From Gnetum montanum (Eukaryota > Plantae > Gnetophyta), in contig MNCI01001419.1 in assembly GCA_015680685.1 (NCBI GenBank), positions 92,632-156,631 on the forward strand: a stretch of DNA of 64,000 nt. Reading direction: 5' to 3'. Of this stretch, positions 26,860 through 40,487 are shown in pieces. Each line of letters starts with the position of its first letter. Position 1 is the stretch's first letter. The notes beneath the pieces were generated by a model, which was not told the DNA's origin, did not search any database, and saw nothing but the letters and a program-made list of their open reading frames with translations. A program made the position numbers and the translations under genes.

Positions 26860-27266
26860 CTTATGAAGCATTTTTAGTTGGAAGAGGTACTAAAAAAATT
26901 GAGGGTACCTATTGCTAAATTTGGATTAGAAGGTATGGCATCTACGTCGTGGGAAAAGAAGTCTCAGGGTTATGAAAGATGAAATGGTCAACATCTCAGA
27001 GATTGGAATATGATGCAATATAGGTAGAAAAGAAAATTTGAACAATCTCATTACTAATAAGAAAGCATTATGAAGTTAAAATTCCTAAGGAAAGATAACA
27101 ATGATGTTAAAAAATTTTACATCAAATTTTGTGATCTATTCCATCATACTAAGGAAAATTGGAAGGAGTATGAGCAAGCTTCAATATTTTTAGAAGGTCT
27201 CAAAATGGTGTATTAGCAAGAGTTGTCTTTTCATTAGTACAAACCCTTGATGAGGCTTACAATTTG

Positions 27267-30200
27267 TAATGAAGTGTATTTCTTAGGATGCATCGACAAG
27301 ATGCTATTGACATGATCTTGTTGACATGATTACATTGATGCATGGTTTGATGTGTTGAAATGATCCCATTAATGTAGTGTCTTGTCTTGCCTATAAATAT
27401 GTGCTCACTAGCTACATTTCTAACATCCATTATATAGTATCCAAGAGAATATCTTGCATTTTGTTTGTTTAAAAGTTAGAATATTTTCTTTGTGTCTGTA
27501 ATAGGAGTGAAAAGTGTATAGATCTTTATTTGGGCATTGATGTACCTGACCTCCTTAGTGTGAATGGCAATAAAATGAGCTTTTTTCATAAAACTTGTAG
27601 CACTTAGAAGTTTAGTGTTTACTTAATGGATTTATTATTTGAGTAATTTACTTTAATAATTTCAATTAACTAATTAATTAATAAACATAAGTACAACCAT
27701 TTTTAGCATACATTAAAATTTGATAATCCCAATAGTGCTTTACACTTGGTAACCTAGTAATGTTGCAATGTGGTTTAGGATGTGTATGGTAAATGGAAAC
27801 AAATGCTTATGATAGGAATAATTAAGATATTAGTTATTTAAGATTAATTAAATAGAAAATTACATTATTTTAAGCACTTAAGTGATTTAAATAAGAAATA
27901 TAAAATGATAAAAATCATGTGCCTAAGTTACAGTTAACCATACCTTTACACTTCACAAGTGAAACTAAGAAGACAATGAAAATATTCATTAGATTCACTA
28001 CCTAGACTGAGTGTACTTAGAGAGATAAAGTCTATAGAATTTGAATGGAATGCTTAGTGAATGCTATTGATTCGTATGGTTGGATGTAGGGACTACTTGC
28101 TATTCTTATCATGGACTTTAGTTAGCTATGTGCATTATCTAGGACAATAGTGAAATTAATAAACGATTGTTGTAACAATATTAACAATTTATCTTTTTGG
28201 AAATATTAGTATTTTAAGTCACACACATTATTAATTGAAAGCATGTCTCCTTCACATAGGACCAATAACACATCATATGATGAAAACACTCATAAGAGAA
28301 ACGATAGGTCTTATACTAAAGAGAATTAGAGTGAACAACCTCAAGCAGGGATTTCATATGCTAATTTTCACCCTTACTACATGTAAGGACTACATTCAGT
28401 TGGTGTAGATAAGCCTAGAGGAGATAGAGAAAGTCATAGAATAAGGAGGGCCTTAAGTCCTAGGACCTTCTCTAAACCTAGAAAAGATAGATCATGGGAT
28501 CATGAGGGAAGATATAGAAGCTATGATGATTCTCCTAGTCTCTCATCTTTTTCTTCCTTTTCCATGTCTAGTTTTGATGAAGATGAATGTAGGTATAGAG
28601 ATAGAGCTGAACTATGGGGTTAAGATAAATATAGAAATCTAACCCAAGGGCAAAATCAAAGACATCAAAATGAACATAGAAAAGATCATCACAATAAGAC
28701 AAATAGAAATATAGATTATCACCATGACATGTTTGATACAGGTGAACCCATGTTGGCTACTAGGCGCTTGATACAGATTTGGAAGATAGTTCAAATACCC
28801 TAAAGACATCAGAGGGATAGCCACATCAAAATGCTTGATATGGAAAACATTCCTAAATTTATGTGAGGCTACAATTCTAATCAACAAAATCATTTATAAG
28901 CCTTCCATTATGCCTATGCCACGCAAATGTAATTAGAAAAAGCTTATGCTATTTCCTAGGACACTTAATAAATGAAGCTGAAAGTAGGTATAGATCATTG
29001 AAACTCAATTCCATTCAATGATGATCCACAATGTTGGAAATTTTCAATGAAAAATACCAAACCTATGCAAGAGTGTCCAACCTAAGAAAATAAATCCAAG
29101 GATGGAATCACCACCTTACGACTCTCATCCTCTATCATATCCTCAATATTCTCATACTTCTCCTCACCTTATGTTACTACCAACAACATAGGAAGGTTCG
29201 ACATTGCAACATCAATGGAAGCATGTCACTTGTGCTGTGAACATATATGGAAATGATCATATTAGTAAATGTTTGTAGAAATGTAGGAAACATTTCTTCT
29301 TTAGGATAGTTCCCACTCATGAGAATAAGATGTGTAGATCTACTAGCTCATCAAAACTAGCATAAGGCCAATCTGGTGCAACATCCTTTGTTACCAAAAT
29401 AATGTCTCCCAATCCTACGCAAGAGCTAACAACTATCATCATTGCATCACAAAACATAAAAGATAAACCTATCATTGAGGGAAGAGAAAACATTCCATGC
29501 ATTACTAGTAATAACAATCAAAGTATTCACTTAATTCCTACATTAGTTCATAGCAAATGTAAGGAACAAGAGTGTATGAAAAACTTGGTTGACAAAATAG
29601 CCACTAAACCAAAGGGCACCCAATGGATAAAAAATGAGAATGATAAACTATTTAAATAATGCATGGAGCAGGCATGAGGCTCTTATGCAGGGCTTCCAGC
29701 AAGCCGCAAACTTCGTGGACACCGAGGAGCATCACGCCACCCTGGACCTGCTTCATGAGCTGGAGTGGCCTCGGTGTGCCTGTCGCCAGCTACCGACTCA
29801 CCCCTAGGCCCCCCCCGACGCCGCTGCCCCCCACGTTTTCAGTTGGCTTCATCTTGTCTATTTGTTGGGGGTGCGTCCCCCCCTCGTGTTGGGGGTGCGC
29901 CCCCCATTTTTTGTTGGGGTTTTTGAGGTTTACAGTTCTGTGGTTCGGTGGCTCAATTCGGGGCCCTCCGAGGTTGATTTTCTGTGGGTTCCGGGGCCCC
30001 CCCTCGGGGTGGGCCACCCCTGCCCCCCCCCGCTTGTAATTGTATACTCGTGTACCATACTTCAGTAATACATACCTGAACATTCTCTCTCTCAAAAAAA
30101 ATAATGCATGGAACCATATAACCTAATTACTAGTTCTTGTCCTAGCCATGAACTTAGTTGTGGGGGAAATGACCCATTTTGAATCAAGCACTATATAGTG

Positions 30201-30611
30201 CTTTTTAACTTTTTTCTTACATCATTTTTAGTATATTTTTCCCTTTCTTAAATATTTTACAGTTTATTTTATATTTCACTTTATCTTTTTTATTTTTTAA
30301 TGATTTTATTATGTTGTTTTGTTTTTCTATATTGCTGTTAGGACTAAGTGCAACGATAGCTGTTGATTAATGGTGGTTTGTACTATAATGTAATTTGATT
30401 GCTAATGTTTGAATTCTATCTTTGAATTTTGGTGTTGATAACTAAGACATGGTTTCTTTTCCATGATTAAAAGTAGTGAGTCCACATTATCCACCCACCC
30501 ACAAAACTCTATGGTGTTCCCTAATTTTAGAAATATGCATTCTCTTCTTAAATGAAACTTATAAAGAATTTGTAACCTTGGTAGTTTTCAAACTTGGGAA
30601 GGATTAAATGG
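27267..30611 (+). mobile_element. Athila-like element B, 5' half (5' LTR 27267-28111, gag, no pol), broken at about 30611
   Basis: LTR homologous to 3281-4147; preceded by ATTTG; gag remnants homologous to A 15500-15930 and to C; post-pol non-coding region homologous to A 20600-21110. Confidence 0.82.
29668..30098 (+). mobile_element. Short 5'-truncated non-LTR retroposon insertion (LINE 3' end)
   Basis: GC-rich island with a perfect 14-bp TSD AAATAATGCATGGA (29654-29667, 30099-30112) and an A-tail. Confidence 0.85.
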
Positions 30612-31102
30612 ATAGACAAGGAGCTATCCTAAAAGAGCTCTTGCAACCTAGAGACATGGTTTCTTGACAATCGGTGTTCTCAACATATGATTGATGATAG
30701 ATCAAAATTTATCATAGTAAAATATTTTAATGGAAGAAAAGTAAGCTTTTGTGACAAAGGTAAAGCTATGAAAAAAGTTATTAGCTTAGTTAAAATTCAT
30801 GATGATTTTTCTAAAGTTCATTATGTTTATTCTATTGATGATTTACATTATAACTTATTAAGCTTAGGATAGTTTTCAAGAAAAGGTGATAATATCTATT
30901 TCATGAATGAGAAATTTGTATTAGAGAATAAAGAAAAGGATTTTAAAGTATATGCTACTCAACCAAGAAAGAATTTATATTCTATAAACAAGTAGCCTTT
31001 ATGTCTAATGCTTATTTTTTACATAAGTAGGAATAGGTTATGGCACAAAAGACTATGACACTTAAGTTCAAGAAACATACAATCTCTCATCAAGGCTCAA
31101 AG

Positions 31103-34100
31103 TGATGATGTGTCAAAGTGTCACATTGATGGGCCCCCATTGATGTGGCTTCATTGATAGGTCCTCATCATTGTAGCCCCATTGATGTGACATTTTCTAC
31201 ATTTATGAGGTCTCGTCGATGTAGTATCTATACGTTGCCTATAAATACATGTGCTCCCACTATATATTGGCATTCTTTGATCAATAGAGTAGCTGAATGT
31301 TTGTAGTTTTATTCTATAGTCTTAGCAAATGGTCAGTGAGTGTCTGTAGTATGAATCTAAGTCAGTTGTATGAATTCTTATTCAAGTGGCAATGTACCTA
31401 GACACATTCCATTAATAGTAATAAGATCAAGATTGATTCTTATTCATTTCAACACTTTGACTTAGGTTAGATCTAATTTCCATGCAATTTATTTTTTATG
31501 CACTTAGTTAATATTTATGTTTACATGCATGTTACTCAAGTAATGGAATGAGCATGACTAGTTTTGAGTGTAAACACATATTTGCTTGGTAATCTAAGTA
31601 GCATTATTGCTGGGTTCGCCTAGTAGCATAGTGCTTGGTAATCCTAGTAGTGGATATGTGGGTTTAGGTTGTGTACGGCAAGCTAGGAATGAATACTCAT
31701 AACCCATAGGGTAGTTTAAACTTTACTTTTCATTGTTAATTAGTTTAAATAATTAATTTCTTCATTATCATTAGGAGTAGCATAAGTTCAAAACAACATC
31801 AATTATCATATGCCTCACTTTGGGCTAGACCATACGTGACAAAGCTAGCACTAGTCTAAGTGGAAAGACAACAAACTACCATCAAGACATAAAGATCTAG
31901 ATATCATAACTAGTCCCATCCATGGAATTCAATTGGATCATGTTTAAACACTTCTGATTCATATAGTTTGGCATAGGGTTATCTTGCCACTCATCATTAG
32001 CATTGTAGCTAAGGATGGTGCTAGTTATCTAGATTAGTCATATCATACATGATTACTATAATGTATTAATCATTTATCTTTTAGAAAATATTATGTTACA
32101 CACATCATTAACTAATAAAAGTGTATCTTTTACAAGGAAGTGATAATGCATCATATGGAGAGAACATTCATTGAAAAACTAATGAGATATATATTGAAGA
32201 AAATTTGAGTGACCAACCTTATGTAGGGGTCTCATATGTTTATGACCACATTGACTACACTCAAGGACTACATTCACCTAAGGTAGATAATTCTAGAGAA
32301 GATGAAGTAAGGCCTAGACTAGAGAAGGCCTCAAGGCCTAGGACCTCCTTAAAACCTAGGAAAGATAAATCAAGTGATCATGGGGAACACTATAGAAGCC
32401 ATGACAACTCTTCTAGTTTGTCATCTTCCTCTACCTCTCCAACGTCTAGTTTTGATAAAGATAAATGTAGGTATAGAGATAGAGCTCCACTATGGGGTTG
32501 AAATAAAAATACAAATCAAAACCAAAGGCAAAACCAAAGATATCAAAATGAGCATAGACAAAATTATCACAATCAGACAAATAGAAATAGAAATTTTCAC
32601 GAGGAAATGTTTGATGATGGTAAACCCTTGTTGGCCACTAAGAGCATGACACAGATCATAGAGGTAGTTACAATACCTCATAGGCATTGCAAGGAAAGTT
32701 GCATCAAATGAATTGATATGAATAACATCCATAAATTTGTGGGGGGCTATGATTTTGATCCAAAAAATCATTTGCAAGCCTTCCATGATGCTTGCATCTT
32801 ACAAAACATTGAAAGTGTATGGTAAAAGTTTAAGCTTCTTCCTAGGATACTAATAGATAAAGTTGAAGTATGATATAGATCACTAAAACTAAATTCAATT
32901 CATTGGTGGTCCATAATTCTAAAACCCTTCAACAAGAAATACCAAACCTATGCAAGGATGTTCAACCTAAGAAAACTAATCCAAGGATGGAAACAAGAAC
33001 AACATGAACCCTTGGATATGGCCTTAGATAGATACTATTTGTTACTAAATAAATGTCCAGCCCATGATTTCTCTCAAGAATAGCAACTTTTCCACATCAT
33101 AGATGGTCATCATAGTCAAACAAGATAAACCGTTAAAATGTATGCTCAAGGTAAATTATATGAACTAGGAACCCATCAAACCCAAAAGCTAATCAAGCAT
33201 GTGGCAAAAGAAGAAGAAGAGCTATGTAAATGAGATAATGTTTAGAAATATCACTGGGACCCAACTCTTTGAAAGAAGAGGATCCACATCTATGATGAGG
33301 AAAAAGAGATGGCTCACAATGAGGTGATTTCATAATAAAGCTTGTCAATACAAAATTCTATCAATGAGCTTGAAGCAAGGTTAGATAATATGTCAAAATG
33401 GATAAATGAGAAAGTTACAACTTTTGTAGAATCCATAGAGGAAAGACTAATGAAAAATAAATCAAGTGATCACAATAAAAGAAGGAAAAGAGGCCATGAG
33501 ATAGGTAAGAACACTGATTTGAAAAAAGGAGAAATGACTATAGAATAAGAGGCTATGGACTCAATCACCAAAGAAGATGATAGATGTGACATCTGCATAT
33601 ATATCATCTAAAGGGGTATTTCTCAATCATGTTATACCTACATGAGTCTTGGGATTTTGCATTGAATTTTAAGTTTGTACAAAAGTAAATGCCTAGGAAA
33701 TTACCTTTCTCAGAATGCAATCATAGATAGTCCTATAACCAACCATACTATCCTAGTGTGACTTCTTATCAAGCTAAAAAATACTATTAAACACAATGGG
33801 AAAACCCCACAGTCATGGGGGAGACCATCATCAAACCATGACTACCCTTACTACCAGCTAGACTTGTATAGATATTACATTCAATAACCTATTTAATTGA
33901 TTGGTTCTACTTCCTCTACCTCAAATCACTACTACCACTCCCAAATATCATCGACCCATGACATCTTCTAAAGGATCAACACCTCACACCTCTCATCATT
34001 TATCATATCCTCAATATTCTCATACTTCCTTCCATCAAATGTCATAGCTAGCAACACAAGAGGATGCAACACCACAACATTAATGAAAGAATGCCACTTT

Positions 34101-37100
34101 TTCTGCAGACATACATAGAAATGATAATGCCAATTGGTCCCCACACTAATCTTGGAGACACCCTTTCTTTAGGATGGTTTCCATGCATATGAACAACACT
34201 CATGGACCTACTAACTCATCCAAACTAGCATAATGCCAATCTAGTGTAACACCCTTCATTTTACAACCAATGACCTCCAATCCTAAGCAAAGGCCAACAT
34301 CCATCGTTACTCCAACACTTGATAGAAATAATGAATCTAGCATATGGGAGAGACAAAAGAAAAATCCATGCATAACTAATCATGATAAAGGATGTAGTCA
34401 AAGGCCAAAGGTTCAAAATATTAACACAACCCTTATACCAACCCACCATAACGTTCAAGATTAAGTGTGTGAGAAAAAACTAGTCTATGTAGTAGCCACT
34501 AAATCAGAAGACATCCAAAGGCTTGAAAAGGAGGATATAAAACTATTTCAAAGATGCATAGAAGAAACCAATCTACTTATTAGTTCTAAGCTTAAGAAAA
34601 TGGACAAAATAAAGGACTTAGATGCATATATCTTACACGTTGATTATACACTGGAAAATGATATTAAACATGGAGACCTAGAAATTAAAATAGAAAATTA
34701 AAAAGAAAATGAAAATACATCTAGATCTCCAAAAATGGAAATACCTTCAAGTCAAAATGAAGCTACGTCTTTGAATGATCCAAATGAGACTATCACCAAT
34801 GTTAGATGTGCTACCACATGATTATATACATTAATAATGATGATAGATGGGAAACCAATGGTGTATAACCAGGGGATTGTGTAGTCCATATCTTGAATGT
34901 GTGGCCATAAGACTAGTCATGGGGGAGATGCTCCATCCTAGTTTAAGAACTAATAAGTAATTTTCATCTTTTTTGTTTTATAATTTTTTATCGTTTTCCT
35001 ATTTCTTTCAAAACTTTTTGATTCTTCATATGTTTTCCATTTCTTAATATTTTTCTTTTCTTAATATTTTTCTATTTTCTTGAGTTATTCTCTTTATGCT
35101 TAATGAATGTATTGCATTCTTTTCTTAATAATATTGCCAAATAATAATGCAGAAGTCAATGCTATGTGTTGGGTTTTTATGCTATGCTATTAAGATGATT
35201 GGGTGANAAAAATGGAAATACCTTCAAGTCAAAATGAAGCTACGTCTTTGAATGATCCAAATGAGACTATCACCAATGTTAGATGTGCTACCACATGATT
35301 ATATACATTAATAATGATGATAGATGGGAAACCAATGGTGTATAACCAGGGGATTGTGTAGTCCATATCTTGAATGTGTGGCCATAAGACTAGTCATGGG
35401 GGAGATGCTCCATCCTAGTTTAAGAACTAATAAGTAATTTTCATCTTTTTTGTTTTATAATTTTTTATCGTTTTCCTATTTCTTTCAAAACTTTTTGATT
35501 CTTCATATGTTTTCCATTTCTTAATATTTTTCTTTTCTTAATATTTTTCTATTTTCTTGAGTTATTCTCTTTATGCTTAATGAATGTATTGCATTCTTTT
35601 CTTAATAATATTGCCAACTAATAATGCAGAAGTCAATGCTATGTGTTGGGTTTTTATGCTATGCTATTAAGATGATTGGGTGAGTAATTGTGTAAAGTAG
35701 TGAGACCACATCATACATCCCTCTAGTTCTTTGAATACAAGGTATTTTTTATGGAAATAATTTGGTTATTTTCTTATGAAACTAAAATTAATCAATGATC
35801 ATTGTGCCTAGAAGAAAGAAAGAACAACCAAGTGGGAATGGTAAGGGTGTGACCTCAAGGGGATTTGTTGGGTTCTGTTCTTAACTTCCTACATGTGGTT
35901 CATGACTCTTTGAGGAACATATCATTACTCCTTCATTGATCAATAAATAGGAAGCTACGTCTTTGCATGATGTGGTTTTCATAAAAAAATAAAAAATAGA
36001 AAAATGAAAAAAATAAAAAATAAAAAATAAAAATATATAAAAAAATAATAATAATGGAAATTTAAAGCACACCCCTTAGACATGATAATGAGCTACAAGC
36101 ACTAGTTATGGGGCTAAAAAGACATGTTACCCATGTCTAAAGGCACCCCTCTAGCTAAGGCCCTTAGTTCTTTCTTCTCTTTTCTTCTTTTTTTTTGAAG
36201 TGATGATTTTTCTTTGAGATGGTTGTGGACTCATGATGGTTAGTAGGAAGGAACACATCAATGTGAGATCAATGCTCATGGTATGGACTTGGTTTGAACT
36301 TGGATGGATAGGTATGCTAATCATTTTAATCACATCTTTCACAAGATCCTATTGTGGACATGAACAAGTACCTTACATCCCAAATTCTACAATCCCTTAT
36401 CATCCCATTATTCACCTCACTACTGCATGTCATTATGAATCTTTTGATTTTGTGTAGTATAGTGCAACATTCCAACCATGGTAGTTGTGTGTTGTTTGGA
36501 ATAAAGGCATGGTCTACATTTAACTTCTTAGGTGCCCACAAACATCTATTGGAAGTGGTTATCCATGGGCATTATGGTAGGAGCCTGCTTTGGAAAGGAC
36601 CCACTTACATAACTTTTGTTGATAATGGCTTTGAACTAACCTTCACATCTTCCAAAACATTAGTGAAAATTTCTTTAAATTTATGCATTATTTTGGGACT
36701 ATTTCTCATCCATTTTGTTAATTTTTTCTACTTTTCTATTTGCATATCCATTAATATTTCTTGATTATCTTCTAAATCAAACCTTGGATTTCAATTATTC
36801 AAAAACTTGTGTTCTTTCAAAGTTACACTTAGTAGTCATGGGGCTAGGAATGTCGATTTTAAAGTTTTTTAAAATTTTAAAATTTTTCTAAAATTTTTAA
36901 AATTTTTCTATCATATTTTTGAGCATTGTGGTAACTAATAGTAATTGGTCAAAATAATGTGAACAACTTGATTATTTTAGTTACCTCATAGCGTTGGGCA
37001 TAGTATGCCATGATTACCTTATGCTTAAACAAAAACTAAGGGATTTGAAAAGGGTTAATTATTAAGGAAAATTTACCAAAAACTAATGTTGATCCTTTGG

Positions 37101-38461
37101 TGACTACAAGTGATGCTAAGAGAAATGCCTAAGGAATAAGATCTTTAAGAGGAGGACAGTGGAGGATATGCCCATGGACAAATCATAGCAAATATAAGAT
37201 AGTAGCTCAAACTTTGCATGTTTGCTAGATCCATGGGATGGTGAAAAGAAATTTTAGTCCATCCTGCAAGAATGTTCTACATAACTAGAGAAGCATCAAG
37301 ATAACAATCAAGGTTGGAAATTTGCCACCGCTCGTGGCAAAAAGAAGAATCATCTTTAGCAGATTTTTAAAGACCTCTACAAATTTTTAAAGCTTCAATG
37401 TCTATCTAGTCTTTTTGTCACTTTATCATTTTGTATTTATCCACTCAATTAAAATTTTGTAATGCAACACTCAATTTTGTTATATTAGTTTGTTATGTCA
37501 AGTCTCAGTTAATAATCCCATATCTTCTTAATTTGTAAAGGAAATTAAGGATGAGTTTTCATTTAGTCATGGGGATATGATGAAGTGTCAAAGTGTCACA
37601 TTGATGGGCCCTTATTGATGTGTCCTTGTTGATGGGTCCCCATCAACACAGCCATGTCAACATAGGCACATCAATGTAGCATTTGCTATGTTTATGAGTT
37701 CCCATTGAGACAGTATGTATTCTTTGCCTATAAATACATGTGCTTCTATCATATACTGATATTCTTTGGTCAATAGAGTAGCTGAACTCTTGTGGTTTTA
37801 TTTTGTAGTCTTAGAGAACAGTTAGTGAGTGCCCATAGTGTGGATCTAAGTAAATTGTATGACATCTTATTTAAGTGGCAATGTACCTGGACACATTCCA
37901 TTAACAACAATAAGATAGAGATTGATTTTTTATTCATTTCAGCACTTTGACTTAGGTTACATCTAATTTCCATGTAATTTATTTTTTATGCACTTAGTTA
38001 ATATTTATGTTTCCATGCACGTTAATCAAGTAATGGAATGAGCATGACTAGTTTTGAGCATAAACATGTATTTGCTTGGTTCACCTAGTAGCATAGCTCT
38101 TGGTAATCCTAGTGGTGAATACGTGGGTTTAAGATGTGTACAACAAGCTAGGAATGGTTACTCCTCACCTGTAGGGTAGTTTAGACTTTACTTTTCATTG
38201 TTAATTAGTTTAAATAATTGATTTATTCATTATCATTAGGAGTGGCATAAGGCCAAAACAACATCAATTATCATATGCCTCACTTTGGACTAAACCATAC
38301 GTGACAAAGCTACCACTAGTCTAAGTAGGAAGATAACAAACTACGATAAAGACATAATGATCTAAATGCCAAAACTAGTCCCATCCATGGAATTCAACCG
38401 GATTGTGCATGAATGCTTGTGATTCGTATGGTTGGGTGTAAGGATACCTCAATGCTCATCA
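31103..38461 (+). mobile_element. Non-autonomous Athila-like element C (gag only; pol absent; extra ORF nearly deleted)
   Basis: LTRs 31103-31996 and 37578-38461; perfect TSD CAAAG (31098-31102, 38462-38466); degenerate Asp PBS TTAGCATTGTAGCTAAGGA; PPT TAGTCATGGGGA. Confidence 0.92.
34731..35683. repeat. 476-bp near-identical tandem duplication joined by a single N (probable assembly overlap)
   Basis: 34731-35206 equals 35208-35683 with one mismatch seen; N at 35207. Confidence 0.8.
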
Positions 38462-39605
38462 CAAAGTATTAAAGGCATTCCTCAAGAAAGTCATCTAGAA
38501 GAAGTATATTCTACATGCCAACATGGTAAGCAATCTAGAGCTATCTTTAAGCTAGTGAATTTTCATTGTAAAGATAAGACTTAAATTACTACATATGGAT
38601 GTCTATGAGTCTTTTGATATAGTTAGTTTTGATGGTAGTAAATATTTCTTTGTTATTATTGATGATTATATTAGGATTTCATGGCTAACATGTCTTGAGA
38701 AAAATTTTAATGTATTTAAATGTTTTAAGGTATTTAAAAGTATGATTGAAATTGAAATAGGGCTTAAAATAAAAGCTATTAGAACTAATAATGGAGGTGA
38801 GTTTACTTCAAACAAATTTTATGATCTATGTAGAGATTCAAGTATCAAGAGAGAGTTCTTGTTAGCTAGAACACCTAAAAAAAATGCTGTTGTAAAGCGA
38901 AACAAAATAAAAATAAAAATGGAACTATAATTGAAATGATTTCATCAATGATGAATAAGAAGAATGTACCAAAGTACCTATAGAATAAGGTAGCCAAAAC
39001 AACTGTGTATATCATCAACATATGTTTGGTAAGAGCCAATAATGGTAAGAATCCTTATCAAACGTGTATGATAAAATGGCCAATGTTCAATATTTTAGAA
39101 ATTTTAGTAGAAAGTGCTATATTTAAAATACAGAGAATGTTCACAAGCTTAATAGCCATTGTGAAGATGGTCTATTTATTGGATATTCTAGCCATTCCAA
39201 AGCTTATCATTGAAACCTGAAAATATTAAAGATTGTTGAAACACCGCATGTTAAGATTGAGGAATTATTTGAAGATGCTAAAACTGTGACTTAGAAAGGT
39301 ATGAATGCAAATGAAGAGGAAAATGATGATGGTGTTTTGACATCTGAACAAGCAAAAGAGATGGATAAAGAACATGGTGAAGTTTATGATCAGAGTAACC
39401 GTAAGGTAAGCAAAAGCAGCAACTGCACTGCTTTTAGGTAATCACCCAAACTTAATCTGCATCAGGATCTTAAACTTGTCCTAATAAAATGAGGTCTTCT
39501 TTCCTTAAAATATATTGTATATTTACAATTTCTTTTTACCATCTTTAGTTCATTACCTATTTTTATGGGTTTTCGACATGTAGCAACCCTTGTCCGGTTT
39601 TTTGT

Positions 39606-39826
39606 TAAGTACTTTATTACGTCTCAAAGTAGAACTGAAATTTTATTAGACCCTCTGGATTTATTAGTAGTTTTTTGATAAGCACTTTATTACAGCTTCT
39701 AAAACTGAATTGAAATTTTATTACACTCTCTGAATTTATTAGCAGTTTTTCATAAGCACTTTATTACATCTTCTAAAGTGGAAAATGAAATTTTATTAAG
39801 GTTAAAGACCCTCTGAATTTATTAGA
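39606..39826. repeat. About 74-bp tandem repeat, 3 copies
   Basis: Unit TAAGYACTTTATTAC...TGAAATTTTATTA...CTCTGRATTTATTAG starting at about 39606, 39680 and 39753. Confidence 0.8.
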
Positions 39827-39961
39827 CACTCTGAGTTTGAAAAACATCAAGAAAATTATATCTTCTTAAAAAAAAAACCATCTAAAACGCTGCTCTATAA
39901 CAGCCAGATCTTAATTTTCATCTGTTATTCGTTATTTTTTTCATGATATTTGACATGTAGC

Positions 39962-40487
39962 ATGTTTACCAGAAGCCATGAACGGAAGCACTTTACCATG
40001 TTCTATGGGGGCAAAGTCTACATCTATAACGTCAGTCCCCAGCGGGTATTAAATCATTTGCATCTTCTTATGTTATAATACTATCCCTACTGAATTCCAT
40101 AATCCAAAAATTCATGGTCAATGCTTTTGACTTGAATGTGTTTGCAGGCGCATCTTGTATTGTCCGCTGTAACAGGGCCATCAAAAACCATTTGTATGGA
40201 GGTCACTCTTCTACTTCCATTTCTTATCCCGATGAACAATTCGACCACGCCAGTGACTTTTCATTGCCGGCATCGGGCTTTCATCTCTAATATCTTGTTA
40301 AAACCAATTTAGGTATAATTTGTCTTTAAGATTTGCTGATTTTGTTCATGGATTTTGTACAGTTGCTGTGCCGTTTGTGTCAAGAAATTCTTTGCAACGG
40401 TTTCTGAAACAAAGGAGACAGCGCTCACTCTGCCAAAGAAAAAAACTGAAATCCTTCCTTTCGATGGACTTATCTTTATCCTTGTAG
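39962..40487 (+). CDS. JAZ: Small JAZ (TIFY + Jas) repressor gene; predicted exons 39962-40045, 40148-40193, 40363-40487 (84 aa); possible upstream exon ending at 39405
   Basis: Exon 1 FTMFYGGKVYIYNVSPQR then GT intron; exon 2 AHLVLSAV (TIFY domain; compare TIFYGGKV.VFDD..PEK|AQAIM); exon 3 AVPFVSRNSLQRFLKQRRQR (Jas SLxxFLxxR) ending DLSLSL*. GT-AG junctions with compatible phases. The exon 2 donor and the start codon are inferred. Confidence 0.8.

Larger units (their letters stand above)
12385..27266 (+). mobile_element. CRM-like chromovirus H, 5' half (5' LTR and gag), interrupted by element A and ending at the element B insertion
   Basis: LTR 12385-13336. gag reads FNGVDDANAFAR*LKI, is split by A, resumes AKFGLEGMASTSWEK at about 26913 and ends TLDEAYNL at 27266. 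Confidence 0.8.
30612..39390 (+). mobile_element. Ty1/Copia internal fragment (protease, GAG-pre-integrase, integrase), interrupted by element C; no LTRs visible
   Basis: TWFLDNRCSQHM; LWHKRL*HLS, resuming after C as IKGIPQ...CQHGKQ; LLHMDV...IIDDY...KIKAIRTNNGGEF; ends in the post-integrase linker. Confidence 0.88.

Noticed and set aside
34731-35683. Biological tandem duplication
   Set aside because: Near-identical copies inside an old element joined by a single N; typical of an unmerged contig overlap.
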